Below the pieces are notes generated by a model. The model did no database searches, was not told where the DNA came from, and worked only from the letters and a program-made list of their open reading frames with translations. From Takakia lepidozioides (taxonomy: Eukaryota > Plantae > Bryophyta), in contig CM060733.1 of the NCBI GenBank assembly GCA_030704615.1, forward strand, positions 11,098,001-11,162,000: a DNA stretch of 64,000 nucleotides, given 5' to 3'. This document shows positions 49,656 to 62,678 of the stretch, in pieces; positions within the stretch are counted from its first letter, which is position 1, and every line of letters begins with the position of its first letter. The translations under genes and the position numbers were made by a program.

Positions 49656-50549
49656 ACCCTCTACGACGAGTTGTCGTTTTCATTATAGATGTGGTATGTG
49701 GTAATTGGGACAAGGTATTCTGGAGGGTGAGGTGTTTCAGTAATGAGAAGGAAAGCATGCTTATTAACTTAGTTGGGGCCAGTGAATGCCCTGGCCCACA
49801 AAGGACATGCTCTTCACCAAGTTTTGACTAAAGCTTTAATTGGGAGGTGATTAGGGAGGGGATTGATGGCTTTGACTAATTCAGTGTTATGAGGTCTAGC
49901 ATGATTTGTACAGAAGGTGGGTTTTATTAGTGTAGAGCGACTGGGATGAGTGTACCGATTCAATAACCGGGAATATTTTGGGATTAGTAACTGGAAGATC
50001 GGATCTGGTGAGGCGGTACAAAGGAGAGAGAGAGTGAATGAATGATAAGATTCTGTTGAGGTCTGGGTCACAGTCGACTCACAGTGATACATAGCCCGGT
50101 CCAGGGACAGCCGCCGCTGCCCTTTAATACGGGACCATTGAAGTGGTCCGCGGCAGGGATGAATCTGACACACTTGCTGCCTTCAAATACAGAGTTCCTT
50201 GTCCTTTGCTCTTTATGTCGCCTTCAGAATTTTCATTCCTCCTAAACTTGCCAGTTCAACCAGGTCCCTGGGATCGAACCTTCGACAGTTGGGTTGGGTT
50301 CGTTGGGTTGGGATGATGTTAGGGTCTACTCTTCACTGGATCATCAATCCAGGTTAGGGCTCAACCCATTCATCCAAATGTCGTGGGCGGGGGGGGTGGC
50401 TACAGGTAATTTTGGCTCTAATTCCTTATGTCCTCCTCGCCTTGGCCGGGCAATACCCGAGTTAGATCAACCTGTGCATTATCATATTTTTGTCTGGATT
50501 GATAACTGCCGAGTATTTCACTTTTTAGCTTTTTCTTTTTTTAAATACC

Positions 50550-51603
50550 TAAAGGGAAACACGCGGCTGGGACCCCTTAATTATAGTTCACTTGGCAACA
50601 TTCCATCCCTCAATGGGAGATCCCCTAGTGAAGGTGACGAGGGAGATTGCAATTGGCGCCATGAGAGGAGGAAATTTCGAAATTTCCTATTTACGGGGCA
50701 GTGTCCCCTTTCTCAGCCTCCATGGCCTGTCATGCGAGGTAATTTTTCCTCATTAATATATTTCGGCCTATCTGGGGCCTTTTAAAGAAAACGATTTCAA
50801 AGTAACCTCGCCATGAGGCTCGCACAAGGCTCATGCGCCCAAGGGAAGTGGGAGAAGATTATCTGCTTATACCACACCCAACAACGTAACAGGATTTGAG
50901 CCCAGACCTCAACTTGATGGCACTCAGTGCACTATTTAACCAAAGTACCAAACTACTGGCAGCATGTTGTTTTCAAATTTAGAGAGATACTAACTGGATC
51001 GTTCACTAATGATTTCTATATTAATTGCACGTTATTATCTTTCCCCTATATGACAGTACTTATCATTTTATCTTCTTTGATAGACTCGGCTCACTTTCTA
51101 GAGGGGACACTAGTCTATAGTCTACAAGACCCTCTTTTTTTTTTTTTTAAAGAAAGGAAACCTGGGAGCGACAGCCCACAATTCAGGCCCTTGAGGAGGG
51201 GGAAAGATTAACCCCCTTTCATTTATGGGCCATGGAGACCTACAGAGACCCATTCTCTACCCTTTTTTTGTTCTTTTTTTTATAAAGGGAAACACCTGGG
51301 AGCGACAGCTCACAAATCAGGCCCCTTGATAGTGAGAGGAGAAAATAACCTCTGTACCATTCTCTACTTGACTATAGACCCAGGCTCTACTTGACTACTG
51401 AACATTTTTTTCTTTTCCTCTTTTTCTCTTTTTTTCTGTTTTTTTTTAAAGGGAAATACCCGGGAGCGACCGCTCACAAATCAGGCCCCTTAATTATATT
51501 CAGAGGAGAAAATAACCTCTTTCATAGTAACCTCGCCATGAGGCGCCAAGCACAAGGCTCTAGAGTTTAGGGACACCGCCCAAGGGAAGGGGGTGAAGAT
51601 TAT
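50550..51603 (+). repeat. Cluster of degenerate local repeats
   Basis: GGGAGCGAC(A/C)GC(C/T)CACAA(A/T)TCAGGCCC at ~51163, 51298 and 51462; AGTAACCTCGCCATGAGGC...CGCCCAAGGGAAG...GAAGATTAT at ~50801 and ~51526. Confidence 0.75.
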
Positions 51604-52501
51604 CCCTTAAGTGCCCAAGCGACCCATTCTGGTTTGGTTGGGTTTGCTTAACCAGCCATACTTCATGTGGTTAAGGCTGATTGGGCCTTTTTTGGGCTCA
51701 ATCTATAGAAAATCGGGTCCCCCTTCATATGGCATTGGCCAATTGGTCAATTCCTGAAGGGGTATGGGTCTGGACCAATTGAAAAGGGGCACACTCAGCT
51801 TTTTGAGGCCAATTTGGCCCCCCTAACCTGCCCAAGTTGCTGACATGGCAACTGCGGTCAGGTTAGGGTGACTGAAAGATACCCCATAAAGGTTAGGGCG
51901 GCACGCTCCCCCAAAACCCTTGATCGCCCGGCAGGGGCATGGCACCCGGTGCAGGTCTGGGCATTCCCAGGCCTGGGCCCTAGCCTGAATCGACGGCGAT
52001 GCAGCTCCGGCCAACGCCATGCAGGGCGGGCTGGAGGGAGTGCAGCCGCGATGGCGGCAGAGCTGGGGGCTCCAGAAAAACGCCATAAGGGGTGAGCCAA
52101 ACCTAGGGCGGGGGGTTGAGAGGGTTGAGGGTGGAGTGGCCCCCCATGAAAGCAGGGCCGGGTAAGCCAGAGAGGAGCTCCCCACCCCCGCGCCCTCCTG
52201 GGCTATGGCTCCAAATATCCTAGGCCTGCAGGCTATAACATAGGTGTGCCATTTGAAGTCTTTTTTTGGCACCTATTTCTTAGTGAAGAGTTTTTTTTGT
52301 CCCCACTCTACAGTTTATAATCTTCTGATCTGGCAGTTGGAATTTGATGAAACTTGTTGTGGCAGGAGGTGGGGGTAGGTGGGAAGTAATTCCAACGGTC
52401 AGTTTTACAGGGACATAGAGATTTTCCAGATAAAAATATTTTTGTGGGCCAGGGTCATGTTTTTCCATGAGAGGGTGAAAATGAGTCTGGGCACTTAAGG
52501 G
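51604..52501. mobile_element. Non-autonomous TIR element (898 bp), piggyBac-like termini
   Basis: 14-bp perfect TIR CCCTTAAGTGCCCA / TGGGCACTTAAGGG with TTAT on both sides (51600-51603, 52502-52505); no coding capacity. Confidence 0.75.
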
Positions 52502-55408
52502 TTATACCACACCCCACAAGGTAGCAAGATTCTCTTTTCTTTTTCGAAAAGGGGGAAAAGGAGCCTTCAGGTATGTAATGATCCATTTCTTCACAATCCC
52601 TTCCTGGCCAAAGCCAGTCTCAGAGCCTTATCCCCTAGCAAGCTAATATCCATTTCGTATATACAGTGTCTAGTGTCTACCCTCAAAATGTATTTCTTTT
52701 ATTCACCTTTCAATCATTTCATGATAACAGTTATTATACATATATGTATTATTATGATATAAATCTTCTTTTGAAACAAATTAACCTAACCCAGATTTCC
52801 CTTAAAAATTTAAAAAAATCATAACAAAGAGATGAGAGAGAGTAAAGTTTGAAAGCTAAACAGGAGCTTTTCAGTTTGATTGAGATTGACAACAAACAAA
52901 AATAGGGCAACAGGCAGAGGCAGTTGTGAAGGACTGGGGTGGGACGCTGCGACTAGGAATGGGGCGGGGAGGGTTGAGTTAGGTGGGGGATGGCAGTTGT
53001 GGGGTGGTTTGTCCGGTCGGGCAATGCCGCTCGCTGGGGCAGCCCTGCCAGTTCACAGTTCACGCTTCCGTTCCTCGCGAGGCCCTGGAGCGTGGAAGAA
53101 CGGGCAATTTGGAGGCATGTGCATGATTGTGCCAGCTCTTGGTAGCTCCCACATGGCCCGTGTCCCCCATGCCTTCAATGTTCCACTGTCAGTACGCACT
53201 CCCTCCCATTACCTACCTCACCCACAAATCTCCATTCTGTTTCGTCAAAACAGAAACTCTAGCAGCTCATGTAGTCTTAGGTTGACATTCAAGCTCCAAA
53301 TCTGTGAAGCTGAAACCGAAGTCTCCGCTCGCAGTGATCTGGCGGTTTTGTTAGGAAAACTGTTGAGATTTGTTACAGGGTATGCAGAGAATGCTGTTGG
53401 AAGATTTTTCCAGATTTGCAGTGCGGGGCTTCCACTTCATAATAATCTTAGAGGCCGCGACGGGATGGGCACATGCCGGACACGGCAGTGCCTGCTTCCA
53501 CAGCACTTGTACGTTGGTTAGGTGGAACAGAATTAGGCAAGCGGGACAGTGACAATGTAAGGGCTGTGAAAGGCGCACTGACGACCCAAAAAACAACTGA
53601 GGCATACATATATACGTTGTCCCATCAGGCTGCCTGAGTCGCCTATTAGTCTTTCGTCTTCTTCCCTTTTTTCGGTCCATCATATTTTCCTGCATTCCAT
53701 CCCCCTTCGACTCCTGCTCCAGTTTGCATCCCACGTTTCCCAAGAAGATTGTATAATATCCATGTCCAATGGATCAACCATAATCAGACATCGATGTGGA
53801 AAATCTAGTGACTGTTTGAAAGCCAGACTTCTCACATCACTTATAGTCGAACGCTTCATCCTCGATTGTCCGTTGGCTCCTATCCCCCCGCTTGTTTTTC
53901 CCTAAGTGAGCTCTGCGCACTACAAGCAGGAAGTACGCCCACATGACTGAAAAATCAGCCTCACCTTAGAGCTGAGCCATGTTCCAACGAACAGATTTAC
54001 TGGAAATGCACAGATCATTTATCAGTCCATTCAAGGCTGCCCATAAAATCTAGGACGAGGGCCTTTCAGAATGGGGAAGGATGGGAAGTTGTTGTCTACG
54101 GATGAGGATGCCAGAGGGGCCCTGTAAATGAGACAAAAGAGGATGGTACCCAGTTGCAAGGCCACACTAGTGTCATAGAGCAGCAGCTACCTAACTCCTG
54201 GGCCGGTCGGCTCCCTGCTGCAGCCTGCCTCGCACTGACCCACTTGTGCCATGACCCATAAGGAGCCTCTTCAGTCCGTTACTTCTTCCACCCTCACCTT
54301 TAATCCTATCATGATCCTCACGTTATGCGTGTCTTGTGTCTTCACCCAAACTCTCACTTTCCCAGTTTGCTTTTGCCTTTCTTTCTTTTGCTTTTGACAT
54401 CCTACTCCTCAAATCCTGTGTGGGCCCACCCACATGAACTGGGCCGATTGCGTTTGCCATGGCGTCAACTGCAGGCGGTGCTACAGTTAAGTCTAGGCTG
54501 ACACCTCTGTCTGTCCAACACTGCTCCACCGCAATGCTATTTGGTGTGTGTGTTCATACGTGCACATAATTATCATGAGTCTCTCTGCTCACAATGAAAG
54601 AAGCAGCAAGCTTTCTTCTTTTGTATTGTATCATTTTTGGATCAACTTATTTGGGGTTGCTGGCATAATAAATACCTACATTCAGCCATCACACTAAAGG
54701 AACCTCTGCCCAGCTGGACCCGGCTAACTCAAGATATAATGCCATGCTAATGGCAGGGCCAGACTCAGCATAGGTATTGCAGCAAGCCTTGTTAGAAGGT
54801 AATTGAGTTGGTGTTGTTTCAAGGTCTTGTATGTGTGACATGAGGTGTAGCTCCCATTGTTCAAGATGTTTCCATGTTGTGGCGAAGGTGGCCCACCCTG
54901 AAAAAGAAAAGTGAGCTGTCGCTCCGAGGTTACCATTATTAAATCTTATTTATTTTTAAAACAGCTGCTATTACTAATTTTAGTATACCCTAAGGAAATA
55001 CATGTTTTGCTTATTAGTAGACAAACATTAGTACTAAGAATACCGGTCGCTATTGCAGCAATATATTTGACCTCGCTAAGGTACTGTTCGGACTATCTAG
55101 AGATTAGATTTATCTCAAAATTTGACATGGCGGATGATGTGGCAGCGGGGTTAGAGGCAGCGTTGTTCCCCCTATTCTTGGAATCGTACAAAATAATAGA
55201 TTTACGTTGGGGATATGTGGGTTACTCAGACCCATGCATTTTGAGGGTGTAACTTAATCTTTTTTCGTTCCATGCATATGTTCCCAACAAAAAATGTGTT
55301 CCCAATAATATGTTCCTGATAGTATCTAGCGTTGTGTTTGGTGTTTCCAACGTTGTACTATTGCATCCAGTTTGTACAAGTTTTTGCGTGGTATTTTGTG
55401 ATGCGTCT

Positions 55409-55553
55409 GGTGTAGTACGAGTGGTGATAATTGTCAAGGACGAGAACATGACTGAACACAAACAAGAGATCAGACTAGAGGTGTAGTACGAGTGGTGATA
55501 ATTGTCAAGGACGAGAACATGACTGAACACAAACAAGAGATCAGACTAGAGGT
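55409..55553 (+). repeat. Exact 71-bp tandem duplication spanning an LTR edge
   Basis: GGTGTAGTACGAGTGGTGATAATTGTCAAGGACGAGAAC...CAGACTAGA occurs at 55409 and 55480. Confidence 0.9.
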
Positions 55554-55755
55554 ACAAGACTAGGCAAGAAGTCAAGGTCGGCGTGGCCGTAAGCACGATG
55601 AGTAAATAAGAATCAAGACGATCTTTATAACAATAAACAAGGGTACAAGATATTGGAACACGACTTGAATACTGGAATGTTGGAAACTGGACTGGAGTAC
55701 CAGATACTAGAAACTGGGCTAGGATACTGGGAACTGGAAACAAGAGTAGCTTGAA

Positions 55756-56480
55756 TGTCGCGCACCTCACTTCGGTAAGCTCCCCTTCAAGTCATAGTTA
55801 TTCGCTTTGATGCGCGCGCCTGACTCCCAACCTGGCCGCCCGGGCCAACTTGGAGCTTCGGCTGCTCACCGGGACATAACGGTCCCCCTTCGCTTCCCTC
55901 TAAACCCTCCACCTAATTGGGACTAGGAGAATTCCCTTTGGTAGATGGCAGTCCGGAACAGCTCCCCACTCTTTGGTCGCTTTCCGGCTCGCTCGCTTAC
56001 TCACTAGTTTTTGGTCACCAACGGGCTTGCACCGTTCTCGGGGTTACTACTCCCTATATATACTTCTGTAGCTGTCCGCGGGGGTTTCACAACCAGCCAT
56101 GCCATTTTATGGCGAACCACCACGAAAACCCTCGACTCCCGGTGATGAGTCGCGGTGAGTCTTGGCCCACTCACCACGGCCCCTATGGACCGTGATGAGT
56201 CCCAAGACTCCCCACGACTCCCACCACGAGGTCTCCCCCCCATGGTGAGTCCTATGCCACCCCCACTAAGTCCCGCTAAGCTACCACCACCCCTTGTGGA
56301 GCCACCCCCACCGCAACCCGGTGTGCGGGGCTCCACCTAGTGAGCGCCTCCGCCTCCTTGAGTGCCTTGGGCACTCAAGGGTGCTTCAGCCCCCCATACC
56401 TATCGCTGCCGATGCCCCCACCACAGGGGCAGCCCCTCATGTGTCCCGACCCCCTGCCCTCAAGGCAAAGGGCCGCGACA
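55756..56480 (-). repeat. 3' LTR of chromovirus copy 2
   Basis: TGTCGCG...CGCGACA; by eye about 11 substitutions and one small indel versus the 5' LTR. Confidence 0.95.
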
Positions 56481-57385
56481 CACACCCCTACCAACAGGGA
56501 GTCGATGTCCTCATCGACTTGTCCATTTTGTAGAAACGAACATCCAAGTGTGGCGTCCCACATCAAGGAGTTTGTTTCCGCACCATGGCGTCCCATGGCA
56601 AAGAACCAAACCCCACACTTGACTCTACTCTCCACTAGCTAGTTCGGCCGACTTCCTCCAAGTCCCGGCCAAGGGTGGAGCCTCTCCAGCTCCTCCCAGT
56701 GCACTCTTCTTGGCCTACTTCAAGGCCAAGGAACGATCCTCCCCGAGGATCGAATCGCCTTACTGCAACAACATTGCTTGCGATCGCTCATGATGCCGCT
56801 TTTGGCATCACCTTGAGCAAGGGTTCACCTGGAACCCTCTTTGACTAGGAAGATAACCTTGAACCAACCGTGCGCCCCAATCACTACAATTGGGTCCGCC
56901 TTGGAATGCTGGCCTGAGGTACGGGAACACGCCGAAGCCGCACTACGACTTCGTCCCGAGGCTACACGATTATAGTACGTGAACGGAAGCACGTAGCTTC
57001 CGCGTTAGCCCGCACTACAAGGCAACCCCCTCGGTAGCGCAGTTATAGTACGCGCACGCGCCAGGTGCGCACTAGCACGTGAACTCCCAAAGAAGGCGCA
57101 AGTTTCCTTGCCCCTTGGATGGGAGTCACCCGATTTCGGCACTGCGCAAACACACGATTAACCCAATTTACCTCTCCCACTTTTGTAAGCTAGCATGCAT
57201 TCTACACACTAGCCAACCACACCATGCATCACCATTCCAAACACAATAGGACGCACAATATTTGGAACCCATTTCCTTTATAACAAATTTTTGTACAATA
57301 CAAGTTTTTGCAATCGGATTCATGAGCTAGCTAAGCCGGGCTAAGCATGCATTTCCTCCCCCACGCTCCAAGGTTGATGTCCCCA

Positions 57386-60300
57386 TCAACGCTTCTTCCG
57401 CTTTTGAGGTCGCCCTTCGAAAGCTGCAACCGCCTCGGATGCGTTTCCCATTTCTGAGGCACGCACCCAAGATGCCTCCACATGATGATAGCCCTTCCAT
57501 TTGACGAGATACTCCGTTTCTCGGTTCCTGAACCTCCTCGACTTAAGTATTGCCTCCACCTCGTACTCAGGTTCATTTTCATGATCCAACAGCATAGGTG
57601 GCGGACGCAACACTTGATGCCGATTCGGACGCGCTTCATCTTTGAAGTAAGGCTTCAAAAGGGAGACATGGAATACTGGGTGCACCTTGCTGTTTGCCGG
57701 CAGCTCCAATTCATACACATCCTCATTCATAACCTTCCGAATGCGAAAGGGTCCCGCATACGGAGGTACGAACTTCGGACTCACTTCCGGAGGTAGTCGG
57801 AAATTCTTGATGTTCAACCAGACCTTTGTGCCTGCCTCAAACTTCACTTCCCTCCGCTTCCGATTCGCCTGCCTTTCATACCGTTTCCTAGCTTTGGCAA
57901 TATTGTACTTTGCGAGCTTCAACAAACGCTCGCGTTCTTCCAGTACCGCCGCTACTGCCGGTTCCTCAACGTCCTGGGCGGCCCAACTTGTCGGCACCAG
58001 AGGTGCTTTTCCATAGACCAATACGAAAGGGGAAACTCTCGTTGCGGAGTGTTCTGTGTTATTATAACAGAACTCTGCCGCGTCTAAGTGTTCCATCCAG
58101 TCTGATTGGTCTGCCGACACGTAATTCGCAAGAATTGCTTCACTACGGAATTCACTCTTTCCGTTTGGCCGTCCGTCGTAGGTCGGAAGGCGGTGCTCAT
58201 CTTCAGCCTCGTCCCCATCTTTTTCCAAAGTGTCCTCCAAAATTTACTCGTAAACTTTGGATCGCGATCCGAGACAATATCCTTCGGGACTCCATGTGTT
58301 TTAAGACGTGGGCGAAGTAAAGTCGCCCTGTCTCCTGCGCCGTTGCCGTCTCCTTGGTGGGGATGAAATGGCCCATTTTACTGAACCTATCCACCACCAC
58401 CATGATTGCATCGAATCCTTTTGACAGCGGCATAGCAGTCATGAAATCCATCGAGACGCTTTCCCAAGTCCCCTCTGGAATCGGCAAGGGTTGTAACAGC
58501 CCCGCTTGCTTTTTGTACTCGCTCCGGTTTTGTTGGCATGTGGTGCATGTCTTGACATACTCCTCTGCCTCCTCCCTCAGTTTGGGCCAGAAATACTCTT
58601 TCTTCAGGAGTGCCGCAGTGCGCTTGGCTCCGCCGTGGCCCGCAAGCGGGCTATCATGGCATTCTCTCAAGAGGCTATCTCTGATCCCTCCCTTCGGCAC
58701 GTAGAGACGCTTTTGCTTATACCGGAGCAAGTCCATTTTGCAAGTGGAACTGCAATTTAACCCCCATCCTCAAGTCCTGCATCACGGACTTTGCCAGCTC
58801 ATCCTTCCGGCAAGCCTTCCGGATCTTCCTTTGGAGCGCCGTCTCGCCCTTGTACACCAACAAGAGCTGCTGCGTTCTACTTAAAGCATCGGCCACCACA
58901 TTGTCCCGTCCCGGTTTGTACTGGATATCCACATCGAACACCGCCAAAGTATCTTGCCACCTAAGTTGTTTTGGGGACAACTTGGGCTGCGTGGCAAAAT
59001 ACTTCACTGTGACATTGTCCGTGAACACCTTCACTGGGTTGGAACCAACATAGTGGCGCCAAAGCTCAAGGCAATGCACCACCGCCTTCATCTCTTTTTC
59101 GTGCGTCGGCCACCGTCGCTCCACTTCATTCAGTTTCTTACTTTCGTCCATCTTGCATAAGTACACCCCCAATCGCGAAGTCCGACGCATCTGTATGAAT
59201 CTCAAATGGACGATCGAACTCCGGGATTTTCAAGACTGGAGCTTCCGCCATCCGCTGCTTCAATTCAGCAAAAGCTTGGCCACAAAAGGTGTTCCATGCC
59301 CAGACTTTAGATTTACACAGAAGATCTGACAGCGGCCCCGCAATCTTGGCAAAATTTCTCACATACTTCCGGTAATAGGAGGCGAGTCCTAGGAAGGATC
59401 GCACTCCCGGGACCGAAGTCGGAGGCTCCCAGTCCAAGATCGCCCTCACCTTTCTGTCATCCATTTTGATCCCATCCTGTGTAATCACATGCCCCAAGAA
59501 CTCCACTTTCGTGACCCCGAATTCGCACTTTGAAGCTTTGGCATACAGCTTCCCTTCTCGCAATTTTTGGAACACCCTTTTGAGGTGCTCCAGGTGCTCC
59601 TCCTTTGTTTTCGAGTACACCAAGATGTCGTCGATGTACACGATCACAAAGTCATCCAACCACTCCTGAAAAAGGCTGTTCATCAGCGTGCTAAATGTCG
59701 CTGGTGCATTGGTGAGCCCAAAAGGCATCACCAAGAACTCATATGAACCATACCTTGTCCTGCACGCGGTCTTCTCCTCATCTCCTTCCGCCACCCGAAT
59801 TTGATGATAGCCGGAGCGCAAGTCGATCCGGCTGAAATACTTCGCTCCTGCCAACCGATCGAAGAGGTCGTCGATCCTTGGCAAAGGGTACCGGTTTTTG
59901 ATAGTCACCTTATTCAGAGCCCTGTAATCGACACACATCCGCAGCGTCCCATCCTTTTTGTCTGCGAATAGCACCGGGGCTCCGTAAGGTGACTTACTCG
60001 GCCGGATGTACCCCTTTGACATTAGATCCTTGAGCTGAGTCTTCAGCTCGACCAACTCTTTGTGGCTCAACCGGTAGGGCGCCTTGGCAGGTGGTTCCGA
60101 TCCCGGTATCACCTCAATCTTGTGGTCAACTCCTCTTCGCGGTGGCAAGCCGCTTGGTAAATCCTCCGGCATCACATCCTGGTATTTCTCCAAAATCCCC
60201 TTGATCCAATCTGGGCTCGGCTCCCCATCGCCTTCTCCCTTCACTTCTCTAATGTAAAGCAAAAATTGGGGTTCGTGTGCCTCCTCCACGGCCCACTCCT

Positions 60301-61896
60301 TTGCTGACAGAAGGTTTATTTGCCCTCCCACGGATTTGGGCGTTTCCGACACTCGTAAGACCTCGCCACCATTCCCACATGGCAGCGTGACTACTCTCTT
60401 GCGGCCATCTATGACCGCTCCGGATTTACTGAGAAAGGTCATCCCCAAAATGAGATCTACTCCATCGATCTCGCAGATGGTGAAGTTCTCACGTCCCTCC
60501 CAACTCCCCAGTTGAAGAGGAACATTAAACGCCAACCTTGTCGCCAACTGTGGTTCTCCTTTGGCAGAACGCACCTCAATAGAGGCCCCCACGTCACTTG
60601 TCGGGAGTCCCAGCTTTTGTGCCGCCGCCGGTGTCATGAAGGAGTGCGACGCTCCTGTGTCCACCAACAACGACACATTAGTTCCGGATATTATCCCATC
60701 CACGAACAATAACTGACTCCTTTACGCAGGCGCCAGTTTCCTGATACAACTCACAAGAATAGTTGCCTACCTTGCAAGTCCTGGCGACCACCGCTTCCAC
60801 CAAGCGACTGATGGTATCTTCCGACAGCTCCGTGGTCGCCCGAGTCATGTTCAATTGCCGGGGCTTCGTGCACTTCTTGGCCATGTGCCCGGACTCCCCG
60901 CAATTGAAACACACTCCATCAAAGGTCGCCTTCTGTCCGCCATAAGCCGCTCCACCCGCTTTTCCTTTCGAAGCACCGGGTGCCGCCTTGACGTGTGAAG
61001 GCCCTCCCTTCGATTTCCACGTGCCATTATCGCCGCGTGGCCTATCCCACTTCTTTTCCGGTCGGGAGGAGTCACCTTCCCGCCGGGTCTTCTTGTGGTT
61101 CAACTCCGTACGGCCTTGTCTCTCACCCCTAGGGACATCCGAGAAACATTCAGCCCTCTCAATTGCCTCGTTCTCCTCCAACTTCCGCCTGGCCCATGGG
61201 GCCAGTCCCGCCACAAAGTTGAAGACCATTTCTGGTTCTGCCATGTCCGCGACTTCGAGCAACAGCACATTGAAAGCCTGGACATACCCCCGAATGTCAT
61301 CTGTTTGCTTCAAATTCCTCATCTTGTCTCGGGCAAGCCAGGACGCGTTGAGGGGCACAAACTGTCTCTTCATCAATTCCTTGAACCCACTCCAGTTCAA
61401 GGTTTCCGGGCTTGGGCCTCTGCCACCATTGTTGAGCATAGCCCCTCAAATAGGTGGGAGCCACTTCCACCCGATCCTTGTCACTCAACTTGGCCGCTCG
61501 GAAGTACTGCTCTAGCTCCAGGAGCCAGGTGTTGAGTGCCTTCCGATTTCGAACGCCCTCGAAGGTGTCGGGTTCCTTAGGCTTCACCTTAAACTTTGCC
61601 TTAGTGGAAGTGGCATTAGCCGCCTTCAACACGTCTTTCAACGTCCCGCCAAACTGCGCCAACAACCCTTCCCAAAAAAATGCCGGCATGGGAGGCATCT
61701 CTTGGTTTGTCGGAGCTCTCAAGGATTCCTCGGGCTCCGACTCCTCGGATTCCTCCCGCTCTTGAGCGGCCTCGTTTTCGGAAACATTCATCGTTTCCTC
61801 AAACGGCCGCCTCGGTGACACGTCGCCCCCATCGGGCTCACCAGGATCATCATCTTTTGGGCCGTTCCGCTTTCGCTTTGGCTTGCCCGACCCCAT
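57386..61896 (-). pseudogene. gag-pol of chromovirus copy 2 (several frameshifting indels)
   Basis: Same domains as copy 1, split over ORFs 61297-61950, 60678-61439, 59138-60709, 58717-59205, 58203-58736 and 57386-58240. Confidence 0.95.
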
Positions 61897-61951
61897 GATG
61901 AGGCCAATCCCAAGGACGATCACGTACTGAACTCTAAGCTCTGATACCAAG

Positions 61952-62678
61952 TGTCGCGCACCTCACTTCGGTAAGCTCCCCTTCAAGTCATAGTTACTCG
62001 CTTTGATGCGCGCGCCTGACTCCCAACCTAGCCGCCCGGGCCAACTTGGAGCTTCGGCTGCTCACCGAGACATAATGGTCCCCCTTCGCTTCCCTCTAAA
62101 CCCTCCACCTAATTGGGACTAGGAGAATTCCCTTTGGTAGATGGCAGTCCGGAACAGCTCCCCACTCTTTGGTCGCTTTCCGGCTCGCTCGCTTACTCAC
62201 TAGTTTTTGGTCACCACCGAGCTTGCACCGTTCTCGGGGTTACTACTCCCTATATATACTTCTGTAGCTGTCCGCGGGGGTTTCATAACCAGCCATGCCA
62301 TTTTATGGCGAACCACCACGAAAACCCTCGACTCCCGGTGATGAGTCGCGGTGAGTCTTGGCCCACTCATCACGGCCCCTATGGACCGTGATGAGTCCCA
62401 AGACTCCCCACGACTCCCACCACGAGGTCTCCACCCCCATGGTGAGTCTTATGCCACCCCCCACTAAGTCCCGCTAAGCTACCACCACCCCTTGTGGAGC
62501 CACCCCCACCGCAACCCGGTGTGCGGGGCTCCACCTAGTGAGCGCCTCCGCCTCCTTGAGTGCCTTGGGCACTCAAGGGTGCTTCAGCCCCCCATACCTA
62601 TCGCTGCCGATGCCCCCACTACAGGGGCAGCCCCTCATGTGTCCCGATCCCCTGCCCTCAAGGCAAAGGGCCGCGACA
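61952..62678 (-). repeat. 5' LTR of chromovirus copy 2
   Basis: Adjacent to the PBS on one side and the TSD on the other. Confidence 0.95.

Larger units (their letters stand above)
55756..62678 (-). mobile_element. Ty3/Gypsy chromovirus copy 2, full length with both LTRs and TSD
   Basis: LTRs 55756-56480 and 61952-62678; 5-bp TSD TTGAA (55751-55755, 62679-62683); PBS TGGTATCAGAGC at 61938-61949. Confidence 0.97.

Noticed and set aside
52880-53743. 213-aa and 130-aa ORFs
   Set aside because: No recognisable motifs; composition looks like non-coding or degraded repeat DNA.
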